DNA of 62,399 bases, filler included, from Sphacelaria rigidula (taxonomy: Eukaryota), in the NCBI GenBank assembly GCA_964200075.2. It is 9 parts of 9 records of this genome, joined end to end, with 100 filler letters (N's around TTAATTAATTAA, not from the genome) between each part and the next. Parts side by side here need not be neighbours in the genome. Positions count along the whole stretch, not along the records: positions 6,946 to 13,790 come from CAXNAA020017797.1; positions 13,891 to 20,735 come from CAXNAA020017798.1; positions 20,836 to 27,679 come from CAXNAA020017799.1; 6 more parts are not named here. One strand, given 5' to 3'. This document shows positions 11,773 to 24,105 of this stretch, piece after piece. A program made the translations under genes and the position numbers. Below the pieces are notes generated by a model, which was not told the DNA's origin, did not search any database, and saw only the letters and a list, made by a program, of their open reading frames with translations. The stretch's first letter is position 1. The number at the start of each line of letters is the position of its first letter.

Positions 11773-12076
11773 TATATATATATAATAATAATAAGTTGGT
11801 GCCAATATCCAGCCTTCTTGGTACCTTATGCTTTCGTTTCGACCCCTTGGTGTAGTTCAATAGTCGTTCATCCGCTCCGCACTTTCCCATGACCTCGTTG
11901 CTACGTCTGAAATGCCAGAAAGTGTAGACCTTGCAGAGGGCCTAGGGGTGCATCTGGTAAACATCATGTGCATTAATCGTCCCGTTCTCCCTGCCGGAGA
12001 ATGAAGCGCATTCGGTCCGAGAAAGTGATTCGTCCCATTTTGCTCGTCGACCGTCACGTGTGTGCTTGCTCGCCAG

Positions 12077-13538
12077 AGACAGATCTACATGCGGTTATTC
12101 GAGCCAACATTCTCGAGGAAATCCACAAGAAATACATAATTTACCAGCTGGTCAAGGCACTTAAGTTCATGCACTCTGCGGATCTGCTTCACCGAGACAT
12201 CAAGCCGAGCAATCTACTTCTCAACAGTGACTGCCACGTGAAGCTGTGTGACTTTGGACTTTGCAGGAATATAGCCGAGACGGCAGGGCCTCAACCGCAT
12301 CTGACAGATTACGTCGCCACACGGTGGTACCGTGCTCCAGAAATTTTGCTGGGCTCGCCCCGGTACACGAAAGGGGTTGATATGTGGGCCGTAGGGTGCA
12401 TCCTTGGTGAGATGCTCAGCGGAAGACCGACTTTCCCCGGCACTTCTACTATGAATCAGGTATGACTTGGCCAAACAAGACAGCTTTGGATAATCAGTGC
12501 TGTACCTGGTTCAAGTATCATCTCCTTGTTGTTTAAAACACGGGGCACTAACGGGTTTCTAGCGAAGCTATCATGTTCATAATGACAAACGCGACCACCC
12601 GCAGTCTGACTGCCGAGTCAACAGCAAAGAGGTTGATTTCTTCATCTCCTGCTTGCTGCTACTCGACATGAGCGAATTTAGTTGGAGAAAATCCTGGAAA
12701 CCACGGGGAAGCCCTCGACTGAAGAAGTGCAGTCCATCAAGTCACCGTTCGCAGGGACGATGCTCGAGTCCATCCCGCCAACGAGACATGTCTCCTTGAC
12801 AGAGATCTTCACCGGGGCATCTGCACAGGCTCTGGATCTAATGTTCCAGTGTCTACAATTCAGTCCCGACAAGCGCATCAGTGCCCCAGATGCCCTGAAA
12901 CACCCTTACGTGGCCGAATTCCACAACCCTGACGACGAGCCAGACTACCCACACGGTGCTGTACAGGTAGGTGTGTCCTCGGCTGACAAGTATATTGCAT
13001 GCGAGATGATACGCACTACAAAACAGAGTGAAATGATACGACATATACCGCGAAAAGTTGACGCCTGACTCGCGCACTTGTTGCAGGTGAAGTTCCGATT
13101 AACCTCCTGTTGGTGGGTCACGTACGTTTCGATCGTTTTGGTATCCTGTGAGTCCTATCTGTCATCGGCTTTTTTTGGTGGAGAGCTTGTGGGCAGCAGG
13201 CTTCATGCGAACAGGGTCATTTGAATACTGCCATTCATGGCGTAAAAAGTGCGGTTATTTTACTCCAGTACTATGAACCATTAACTATTATGAACACCTC
13301 GGTGGGATTGTGGTCGGCGAACCCTGCCACAGTTACGAAAAACTGCCCCTGCTCCTCGTCCACACAGATAACCATCGACAAGAGTGTTGTTGATGATAAC
13401 ACCAAACTGTCAGCTGCTGACTACCGAGAAATGCTGTACAGGGACATCAACAATCGGCGAAAAGAAGCACGACGTGCAGAGCAGGCGAGGCAGTCGTCGG
13501 GGCGCGCAACAGCCCCAGTCAACGACAAGACGGCCTGA
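12077..13538 (+). CDS. MAPK15: MAP kinase, MAPK15/ERK7-like (TDY activation loop); last 3 exons 12077-12459, 12682-12966, 13368-13538 (stop TGA)
   Basis: [90 protein letters not shown]; canonical AG/GT sites in frame. Confidence 0.93.
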
Positions 13539-14011
13539 GCTTACATCGTCTTCCAAAATAAGACAAGCACTAGCCACTGGGTACTATTCACGAGTCGGTA
13601 GCCGGTGCTAGTAATACGAATGTCTCTCCAACAACCTAAGGCAGGGCGTTGGGGAGGCCACGGAAGCGATTGCGTTGACGGATAAGTTCATTCGGAGGTC
13701 TGCCGTCACGAAAACGACCAAATAACAGCCGATTTTATTTTTTGGGGTTCATACAAAATATGAGGCTGAAGTGGCATATCTCTCTTGCACNNNNNNNNNN
13801 NNNNNNNNNNNNNNNNNNNNNNNNNNNNNNNNNNTTAATTAATTAANNNNNNNNNNNNNNNNNNNNNNNNNNNNNNNNNNNNNNNNNNNNGGTGTCTCTA
13901 TTAGGAGTAGGAGCGGTGCTCCGTCTCGAAAGGGATGCGTGGTGAATGGTTAAATGACTAAGGCAAGCAACAAATGAGTACCCTCCCCTCGCTCGTATGG
14001 GCTCAAAAAGG

Positions 14012-15010
14012 TCAGGGCTCTTTTCGGTAATTTCACCATGGTAATTCCACCCCCACGGTAATTTTTTACGTTACCGTGATAATTGGAATCAGCGTTCCTA
14101 CGCTATGTAGAACATCATATCTCAATCCTACGGAAAATTACCGTGCAAATATCCCATTGTCCGTGATATCTCGTCACCGCGGTAACGATCACCGCGGAAG
14201 TGACCAATACTACTGTACAAGAACGCAGTTCACGTCAAACAATATGCCGCTGTACAGTAGCCTAGTTGACACAGGTGGTTGAGTCAGCAAATGAAAATCA
14301 TGGGTCCGACACCCAACGTGTTTTTTTTTTTCTCCCTGTTTCTTTTCTTCTTATTATTTTTCTCTATACGCTCGTACAAGGTATGTTTTTTTGTCCCCTC
14401 CTTTTTTTTCTTTTTCTGCTTCAAATGTTTTTAGTCGAAAAACAAAGCTGGTGGTGTTGAAAACCGCCAAGGGAAGCAGTACACCACACCAGCAAACACC
14501 ACGAGCGAGGGTAGGCAGTCATGGAAGGTGACGACACTGCTGACGCCAACTATGATGTGGACGAGGTATCATCATTTGTTGCCACGACTCCGGCGACGAG
14601 TGGTGATGCTGCAGCCGCAGCAGGTGGGGGTGGTGGTGTAGTTTGGATTTAATTTGCAAGATTCTCGATTCTTGTGTTTAATGAACGCACCACACCCTGT
14701 GCTACATGTGGTCAATATTTGCAATATACTCCCACTTTACGCCATACACTTTTGTTTTTCTACTGCAGCTAGTGACCACACATCGTCCAGGGTGTGGAAC
14801 GTACTCACGTCGCCACACCACGCACGCTGGAGCGAGAAAACAAAACAAAACAGTATGCTACATATCAAAATATAGATCGTACATGACCGTGCCGTTATCG
14901 TGGTGGCTAAATGCCGTGGTAAACACCAGCGTGGTGGCTGATTGCTGCGGTAAAATTACCGTGGTGGCCGATGGCTGTAAAACAAATACGGTACATTTCC
15001 GTGCTGGCTG
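14012..15010. mobile_element. Probable decayed DNA-transposon remnant
   Basis: Clusters of (c/t)ggtaa / ttaccgtg motifs at both ends and a short acidic low-complexity coding-like stretch at 14521-14640; no TSD found. Confidence 0.35.
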
Positions 15011-15040
15011 AATATCGTGGTTTCAAGTACCCGGGGGGGG

Positions 15041-15072
<32 letters not shown>

Positions 15073-15343
15073 ATGTAGGTTGTGCAGACGTCGGATATAT
15101 ATATATATATATATATATACATGGGTTTTGTCAAACAAAATCTCTTTGTGTGCTTTGCTTCTGTTGATTTTTTCCTTCATTTTTTTTCACGTCTTAGTCT
15201 ACGATGTCGTTCTCTTCGACTTTTTTTCTGCTCCTTCGTTTTATTGAATGAGTGTTTCAATTTTGCTTTTTTTTTGGGAACATCGACCATGCGACCACGG
15301 CTGTACCCATGGGTGGTCAGTTAAAGTGCGACAATCAACCAAC

Positions 15344-15392
<49 letters not shown>

Positions 15393-16349
15393 CACGGATG
15401 TAGTACCAAAAACGCGTGCATGGCACAGAGATTTCATGTAGTTTTTCATGACAGGGACCGGGCAATACCAACATCCATCACTCAGGTACTTGTCACGGAT
15501 CATATACTACACGACCGTCAAATATGTCTCTGAATCCAAATGCTCACCCGACTGTATTGCTTGGATATTCAGCAGGACAACCAGGACAGTTCCGTGTGAA
15601 TGTCGGGGATGCCCTGACGTTCCCCCGTTGGCCAATCATCAAGCGTCGATTATCTGGGAGACCACTGTACTAGTTTACGCCGAAATCCGGTTCGTGATAA
15701 ATATTTTTTCCGAGAGTTGCTGATGCACTGGGTCTCCTTTTCGGTCGTACGAGGTCTTCTCCGTGGATGGAAGCAAAGCTAAACATTGTTATTACGAGGA
15801 AGAGTGTTATCCCCCGCAATGTACCATACGTGTATCTGCAGTTTTACCCTGGAGATACGTTGCATCAGTACGATAAACGAGTGGTAAAACATGCGTCCCA
15901 ACGTTAACTTCTTCCGTAGCACATGCACAACATCCTCCCGCCCCTGGTCCGGCGAATACCCAGCGTGCTCCGTCCCGACTGTGTGGGGATGCGGGGTCAA
16001 TGGTCCTATTATATGAGTACGGCATACAAGATCATGAGCACACACCCCTCCCCTCCCTCCCACTCCCCCTCCCCCCAAGTAACAGCATGATTTATCCGGC
16101 GCCAGCTTCGTCTCTTACTAATACAGTCACCATGATTATTCCTCTCCTTTTACACACGCGATCACTTTGCTTCTTTTGCCACAGTCAACGAGCATCTCTG
16201 AACCTGGGGGGCGGGGGGCCGGGGGTGGGGGGTGGGGTTAGCTGTAAAAAACCTCAATACAGATTCCCTGAGCTATCGGCAACAAAGCGGCGAAAAAATA
16301 AGAACTGTAGTAGGCGTCGTATAAATGAGAAAGCAAAAACCACACATAC

Positions 16350-19300
16350 CTGAAACCACAGCGTGAGCAGACGGGGCATGCTCTGGAAGATGTACTTGGC
16401 ACCGAACTGCGCGCCAACGTGAAACAGATCAGACGAACGAGTGCAAGAAGAGATCGAGTGAAAGACATACGGGAAGCCGAATACAGCCACAGGCCGCCTT
16501 GAAATCGACGAGGGTAACGATTGACGAAAGGGGGGAGGTGAGGTGAGGGGGGGCAGAGCGGAGGCGAGGTGTGGCTTCGACCTTCGCAGCATACTGCCAC
16601 AGGGAATCAAATGTGAAAAAAAAAAAATAGGAGGAATGAAGAGTTGGGGGAGGCAACCGCAAGCAAGATAACACAGAAATCATGGGTGAGGCGCACAACT
16701 GCGACTTGATGAGAACGACAATGACAACGACAACTACCACCGCCGCCAAAACCACCACCACAGTCATCACCATTTCCATCACCATCATTAGCGACATCAT
16801 CAAGAATATCCTTACCCTGAGGCTGTTGGCGTAATTATCCATGGCCTGAAGCGCCAGTCGGTGGGCCAGCTCGTCCGCCTCCCAGCCGCGGACCCCCGCC
16901 GTTCTCCCCTGCCTTGCCTTCTTCTTGTCGCCGCCACCCCCGCTGTCCACTGCTCGTGACGCAAGCCGCTGGAGTTCCTCCACCCTGAGATCAAACGCAA
17001 TCACACAAGAGTCACAATGAGCAAAAACTTTTTTTTTTTCATTCTGGGAGGGGCGGGCTGGTGAGTGGTAAAAATCGTACTACTTCTTGCGCTGGCCCGG
17101 AATAAACATTTGGCCTACACGGAAGTACAGGTGACACATCCAGGTTTGCTCTACGAAGGATGGTACAGACAAGAAATGATGATTGAATCTTGTTTATTAT
17201 ACATCGAGGAAATGGACGTAGGATATAATCGAAATTGGATCCGGAGACGCTGGGACATTCGTCCTCGGAATCGCGCCTACGACATCGGTGCCCCCCCCAT
17301 GAATAACCAACCGTGCAGGGTGACTGACTGTGGGTGAAGGATAGTCGGCTTACCGAGGTGGGGAGACATGCATCGAAAATCGTATATGAAGGCAAAAACA
17401 GGGTAACATTGGGTTGCGGATATTTGAATTGCGCCAAATCGCCGCTGCGAGGGACCCAAGTGGTTTCGCCTGTCAGCAGCTCGTCAACGACGGCTCAGCG
17501 TTCCTTTCGGGTCAGATCATTTTTTGTTTCAGTCTAAAGTGCACCCCCCCTCTCTCCCCCTCCCCCCCCTCTCTCCGACGTGGTCAAGGCGATATATTGA
17601 GGACGCCGAAACGGGAGACTACTAACCCTCACTCCGTTTGCTTGTGCTGTCTGTGGGGTTGAGGGTCGTATTTTCTCACGGGGGAGACTGACTCGATGCT
17701 CTTGTTGTTCTTCAGCAGACCCCCTCCGAATACAAGAAGATTAAACTCGTACAAAATTGATCACAGGGCGCAAGTCAAGCTGCCTTCCCCCCTAACGCCA
17801 CCTATACTTCGGGGGAGAGGAAGTAAATAGTATCTCGTCATGCATACGAGTACCTATTACGCGCTACATAGGAAATGCAGAAATCAGGACGAGAACACGA
17901 ACAAACGTGTGGTACGTTGGAAAACCGTAATGCGAACAAGGAAATGTATGAGCATTTGTTGTCCATCCTTAGTATATACAAAGTGATGCCGGGGAAAGGA
18001 CTGGTTCTTCATGCTTTTCTCCCGTCCAGCTATCGAGTTCGATGGCCTCCACTTCTTACACACGTTGAGGGGGTATACTCATGATCTTGCATGCCAAAGT
18101 CATAAGAACCATTGACCTCGCATCCCTACAAAGCTGGGACAGAGCAAGCCGGGTTTTCGCCGGACCAGGCTCGCAATCAATCACCAACCGCGAAGCGCCG
18201 TTGTGTGTTCGGCGAGTCGCATGAAGGGTGAGCTGCACCCTGCCAAGACTGTCCGGTACGAAGCCTACTGATTTTCTTGCGTTTAGATGACAGCCTACAG
18301 TTTGTTGCTTCACTTTCTGGTATCGCCACTTCCAGAGACAGCCACGGGTGATACACTGCCTCATAGGTGTCTTACGATTTACACACTACGTGGTACGATC
18401 ATCCCCATTGTGCAGAGTCGAGGTTCTCTCACCCAGCACAGTATGATCTAGCTCGACTACCATCATGGTTACCGCAAAAAAAATCGGTAACCTGATTGCC
18501 TAGATTACGCAGTGGGTGGCGTTTTTTACAGCGTCATCGCCAACAGACGCCAACCATATCGGGTGCCCGCCCCTACAAAGCCGAGGCGGAGTACGCCCGG
18601 TTCTCGCTGGACCAGGCTAAACATGTTGAGGGGGGGGCTAAGCACGATGAGGGGGGGGGATAATCACAGTGAGGGATACCCCTATTTCATCCCATCGATT
18701 GTTGACTTCTCTCCTTGACGTAAACCTCCGGCGATATTCCCTAGCTCTGTTTCCCGTTAATGCTTTGCTTGGTTTTTGGGTTCCTCGTGTTCCTTGCTTT
18801 CCGCAATTTCTGCATTTCTTTCTCACTTCCCCTCCCCTCATTGTTTTGCTGTATCTTCAATATCTAAGCCATCACAGTGATTGCCCAACAACAACAACGA
18901 GGGTTTGAAATCCAATATGTTTTCGATAAGCTGGGCACGCCGCCGCCCCATCACTATGCTGAAGGACTCTAGACTCCTGCCGCGTTGGAACAACATAGAC
19001 AAACAGGACACCATCACCACCACCAGGTTGATAAGGGGTTTTAGTGGGAGCATCCCCCACACTGCCTTGAGCCACTGTCCGAGGCGTCATCCCCACACGA
19101 CTGCCGCGAGGTGGTCTAGCCGAGTCTTCGGGTTATCGGCACACGAACTCGCTTGCGAAACTCGCTTGCGGGGTAACTGTTGGCTTAGGTTTCCTCCTTC
19201 CGTCAACGAAAAAAAACCCCACCAGCACCACCCCCACCGAAATCATTAGAGGAATAGAGAACGATGGGATCAACAACAACACAAATGGTCCACCCTTGTC

Positions 19301-19416
19301 AGTACCATGGCATACCTTGACTTGAAAAGGAAGTCGACGTATTGTCCGAGGCAAAAGTAACCCTTCTCCCAGCCCGGCCGGAGCTGCAACGCCAGCTTAT
19401 AACGCGCCACTACCGC
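16350..19416 (-). CDS. ATR: ATR-like PIKK kinase, FAT region, 3 internal exons: 19316-19416, 16816-16984, 16350-16406
   Basis: In-frame splice: AVVARYKLALQLRPGWEKGYFCLGQYVDFLFKSR|VEEL...LALQAMDNYANSLR|FGAKYIFQSMPRLLTLWFQ; matches ATR motifs PxWExGxFxL and QSMPRxLTLW. Confidence 0.85.
18070..18620 (-). mobile_element. Full-length (~550 bp) C-tract-associated element with ~47-bp internal direct repeat; end fragments at 6783-6845, 15940-16040, 20320-20735, 27780-27870, 55401-55455
   Basis: ccctacaaagc.g.g.c.gag.a.gcc.ggtt.tcgc.ggaccaggct at about 18124-18171 and 18571-18618; terminal gtactcatgatc(a/t)tgcatgcca. Confidence 0.8.
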
Positions 19417-21254
19417 CTGCAGATATGAATAACGACCATAAGGACCACCCGGCATCGATGCATCAGTCAGTGCGACAGGAGCCGAAGAGCAGGTTTCATT
19501 CTCTGTGAGGCAAGCCCTCTCACACACTGCTCATTCACCTTGAGTGCGTCAATTTCACCTCTGAGCACCGCAGCTCAAAGCAATCAATAGTGGTTGGGGG
19601 GGTGGGGTGGGGTGGGGTGGGGGGGAGCTCTGCTTAATGACACTTGATGTTTCGTTTTCGAACTCTTTAAAAAAATGCGCCCCAAACGAGAAGAGAGTAT
19701 TTACCGTGGTGATGACCTCATGACTTATTTATGTATTTATTTTTTCCTTGAAGGAAGAAGAGTACCGAAGTCAACACGTTTATTTCAATCCATGACATGG
19801 GTACAGCGCAAGGATTTGTAAAAGGCGCCCCCAAAAGACACCGTATCAGCGATGGGGGGCACGTGTGGACAAAAGTCACGGCACGAAACTACGTGTCAAT
19901 GGTAGGTACCCGTTTGGACCGTAATTAAAGAGCGAAAGCATCGCATAAATTAGGCGACAAAACGCGAAGAAACAAACTCCCTCTGATAAGGTTAGATGTA
20001 GAGTACTTTTCCCATCGATATGGTTGCGAGCGAAAGAAACATAAGTGGCATGATTCAAAACACGATGATACCTACTGTATGACGTCCACGACTGACTGTT
20101 AGAACAAGGTTCTACTTCGTACCTATTTTCAAAACATGGATGCGAGTGAAGGGCAGTCATCGCAGAATCGAAGTGACACAAAAAGGGCACACGGTTTACA
20201 TTACACATACATGGTATTCTACCCCCTGCCCGTAAGACGCCCGTGTGATGTCGTTTCGGTTGTTTACAACACCATACCAATACCAGGGTGAAGTACCAAG
20301 ATTTTGGTGGTATAGTACCCCCGGCGTGCTCCATCCCGGCTTTGTAGGGGCGGACTCCCGATGGAGTTGGCGTCGGTCGGCGATGACGCTGTTAAACACA
20401 CCACTCCTGCGTAAGCTAGGTAACCAGGGTACCAATTCGTTTTGCGCGCTTGCGGTTTTCTGCCGTAACCATGATGGTAGTCGAGCTAGACCATCTTGTG
20501 CGGCGTGGGAGAACCTCCATTCCGCACAATAGGAATGATCGTACTACGTAGTGCTTACATAGTGAGACAACCATGAGGCAGTGTATCGCCCGTGGCTGTC
20601 TCCGGAAGTGGTGATCCCAGAAAATAAAGCAGCTCATTTTAGGCTGTCATCCAAAAGCAAGATAATCAGCAGGCTTCGGGCCGAACAATCTTAGCAGAGT
20701 GCGGCTCACCCTTCATGCGACTCACCGAACACACCNNNNNNNNNNNNNNNNNNNNNNNNNNNNNNNNNNNNNNNNNNNNTTAATTAATTAANNNNNNNNN
20801 NNNNNNNNNNNNNNNNNNNNNNNNNNNNNNNNNNNTGAGTTGAAAAGGTATAAGTCTCGCCGTGCTTTTCTGCGCTTGTACTCTGTGCCTACCCATGCGG
20901 TGTTACCCGTACAGCGCGGGAGAGCATGTACAGAGCCGTGCTACGATAGATTGGGTGTTTGATTCCAAGGAAAAAAGACTCACATAGATGTTCCGGACAA
21001 CCTGACACACTCGCCGTGCGCTTGTATTTGGGTAAAATAGCCTCAAGCAGTACTTTACTGTATGGATTAGCGTTCTTTATCGGTAACACGCGCGTTCTGA
21101 AGATCGTTGCTCCTAAAATCGATTCGAAGTTGAATTTAGTGCAAGAAACGGCCAAAATACCCCCCGTCCTATCCTAGCATCATCTTACGTGTTCGTGCTG
21201 TCCCCGTACCGTTGAATACGCAACAGCGGTGTATTCGACTCAACGGTTGATGAG

Positions 21255-21450
21255 GGAAAGGGACTGCTGAACCCGTCTCGCGATGCAGCACCGCAGAAGA
21301 AAGGTGAAGTACTAAAAACAAGCATAAGAGAAAAAAGCCTCCTGTGTTGACTTTCCTCCTGTATTGTCCTTCCTCCTGTGTGACCCCGACTGGTGCGCCC
21401 ACATATACCGAAAGGTGTAGATCGGCGTCCAGAATAGATGGGACGACAAC
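21255..21450 (+). mobile_element. 3' body of SINE/LINE-like repeat related to the tRNA-SINE; second copy 29770-29975(-)
   Basis: gggaaagggactgctgaacc..tcgcgat shared with 44337-44594; tgcgcccacatataccgaaaggtgt...ggcgtccagaatagatggga shared between the two copies. Confidence 0.75.
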
Positions 21451-22939
21451 TCACACACAGTATCGTAAACACAGCCTCCGGATACGAACCCGGCATAGTA
21501 GACAGCGTTGGGCACACAGGCAGTGCACCTTGGCGCCCGCTAGTCATTCACAAGTGCTGCACATGTCGGTATGTGGTACAGCACTATTAAGTTGAGACAG
21601 TCGAGGGTTGTACTACTGTACTGTTGCACTGTCTGTAGACAGCTTTGTATACTTTTTGTAGGAAGTGTTATGCACTGTACTACTGCCTGTAGTACAAGTG
21701 CGCACGTGCCTATGTGTATGTGTTTGCATACTTTGAAAAAGTACAGTCGTTTTCGATAAAGAATCACCATACGCAGTAATCCTAGCTGCGTGAAGGCGAA
21801 ATGGGGAACAGAGACTCCTGTCGAACTGGCTAAAGATGGCGTGGAAGGACTGGAGTGGGCCGTTCATGCAGCCGCTACGAGGATCTCGACAAAATGGCCA
21901 ACCAAGCGTCCTGTACCTGCGCGAGCTAACGCAAGCTTCACGTTGGGTTGCCATTTGTCAAGTCTTCATATCAGCTGCTTGAGCGGCCGACTCCCGCCCT
22001 TTCGCATTATCACAAGCTAGGTCGACTGGTGTCTCGGCTCCCCCGCTCGCTTCCAAGTGTTCCTCGTAGTTTTGGGTCACCCTTGTGAACGAGCTGCCAT
22101 CACCAGCGCTGTCGCGAACGTTCACGACATCCGCAATACGCCTCATTCATGATACTTGTCCAACAGCTGTATTCTGTAACATTGGTTGTTATGGGGCAGG
22201 GTGTCTAGTTCCGTTTCATAACCCTGAGTTTGGCACCAACTTTTCGGGGTGTCTAGCAACTCAGGGTTTATGTAAGAAATTGAAAATTAATCCTGAGTTG
22301 CTGCGCATGTCTCTTCTCAGGGTTCAGTTTGGGGTTTACCTAGGGGAATTCGTCATATCCTGGCCTTAAATCCCAACTTCTAAACCCTGACCTGTTCTAA
22401 CCCTGAGTTTTTCTGGCCGGTTTTGTGTTTCCGAAACTCTCTATTGTCATGATCAAGAGGCCGGATTTGGTCCCTAAGCAGACAGTGATTTTACTCGAAA
22501 CGCGTTCGAAGATTCGTGCTAGAGCTACTTGCTTCTGCATCTAGATAATGTAATCTATCGACCAAGCGAACCCAAATTGTTCTAAATTCTTGCGCTGAGT
22601 TCCTCTAATCCATGAGGCAAGCCCTCGTCGTGGTATGCAAGGAGTCCGCGCGGGTGGTGTCTCCCTAGTGAATGGTCTCGATTGCTGTAGTGAAGGAGTA
22701 AATTGCGTACCACGCATGACCGGTCCACACCAATATATGTAGTCACCACGATTTTTCGCAAGAGTAAACATAATTGTGTGCTCAACCCAAACCACATAAG
22801 ACGGGCACGCCTCCACGCGCTTATCCACCTCCCTCCGCCCCCCCTCTTAACTAGCAGACTGCCAGTGGAAAATTGGCCGAGAAAGACCCAGGAGTATACA
22901 AAAATCTTGCACACGTTGGACAGATCAGCTCCCTGTAGG

Positions 22940-23710
22940 TCGAGCTAGCTCTTTTTTAGCGTAGTGAGCTATGAGAGCTACATGAGCTACGCATGTTTGC
23001 CTTGGGTGAGCTACAAGAGCTGCATGAGATACACATGTTTGCCCTGGGTGAGCTACCAACACGTAGCTCATCAGCTCATATTTGTCCTCGGTGAGCTATG
23101 GGAGCTGTATGAGCTACGCTTGTTTCCCGTAGGTGAGCTATCGAACGAAGCTCATTAGCTCATATTCGTCCTGGGTGAGCTATGAGAGCTGCATGAGCTA
23201 CGCATGTTTGGTCTAGGTGAGCTGCCAACCCGTAGCTCATCAGCTTATATTTGCCGTGGGTGAGCTGTGAGAGCTGCATGAGCTACGCATGTTTGGTCTA
23301 GGTGAGCTACCAACCCGTAGCTCATAAGCTTTTATTTGCCGCGGGTGAGCTATGAGAGCTGCATGAGCTATGCACGTTTGTCCCCGATGAGCTATGAGTG
23401 CTACAGGAACTACGCATGTTTGCCCTCGATGAGCTACGAGAGCTAGGTGAGCTACGCATAATTGCCCTGGGTGATCTACCGGACGTAGCTCATCCGCGCA
23501 TGTTTGCCCTTGGTAAGCTGTGAGGGCAACATTAGCTACGCATGTTTCCCCTCGATGAGCTACGAGAGCTAGGTGAGCTACGCATAATTGCCCTGGGTGA
23601 TCTACCGGACGTAGCTCATCCGCGCATGTTTACCCTTGGTAAGCTGTGAGGGCAACATTAGCTACGCATGCTTGCCCTGGTTGAGCTAAAGAGCTACGGG
23701 AGCTACGTCG
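22940..23710. repeat. Left subterminal GAGCTA array (~80-bp units; near-perfect ~125-bp tandem duplication at about 23423-23670)
   Basis: Repeated ctgggtgagctatgagagctgcatgagctacgcatgtttg and hairpin tgagctac-N6-gtagctca. Confidence 0.92.
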
Positions 23711-24105
23711 ATTTTGGGTTTGTTCCCGTCCCGATGCTCATGCACATTGATACGTGAAAACGGTTACATGTGTACACACCTGTGTTTCGTTTTGTGCAAT
23801 GATGAATTTGTCGTTCGTAAACATCGACAAGGACCGCATCAGAAGCCATCCCCACCGTAGCCACCACACCCACATACAACCTGCCCTACATGGCGACCGC
23901 CGGGGGCAGCAGCTCTAAAGGCACATCAGTCGGAAATGATGCCGTGGATCTGGATCCTCCGCAACAGGCGATCGATGTGGAGGAAGAAGTGAGCACACAT
24001 TCAACATTTGATTACTTAACCCTTTTGACGGCGAGCATAGGTCATCAGTTGAATCAGCTTCAATTTCACTTGAAAAAAAGTATGCATTTCCAGATGGACT
24101 CATAC

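Noticed and set aside
17065..17337. 90-aa ORF antisense within an ATR intron
   Set aside because: No motif, homology or splice support that I can recognise.
12077..19416. Functional clustering of MAPK and ATR (or any genes across segments)
   Set aside because: They lie on different scaffolds joined artificially.
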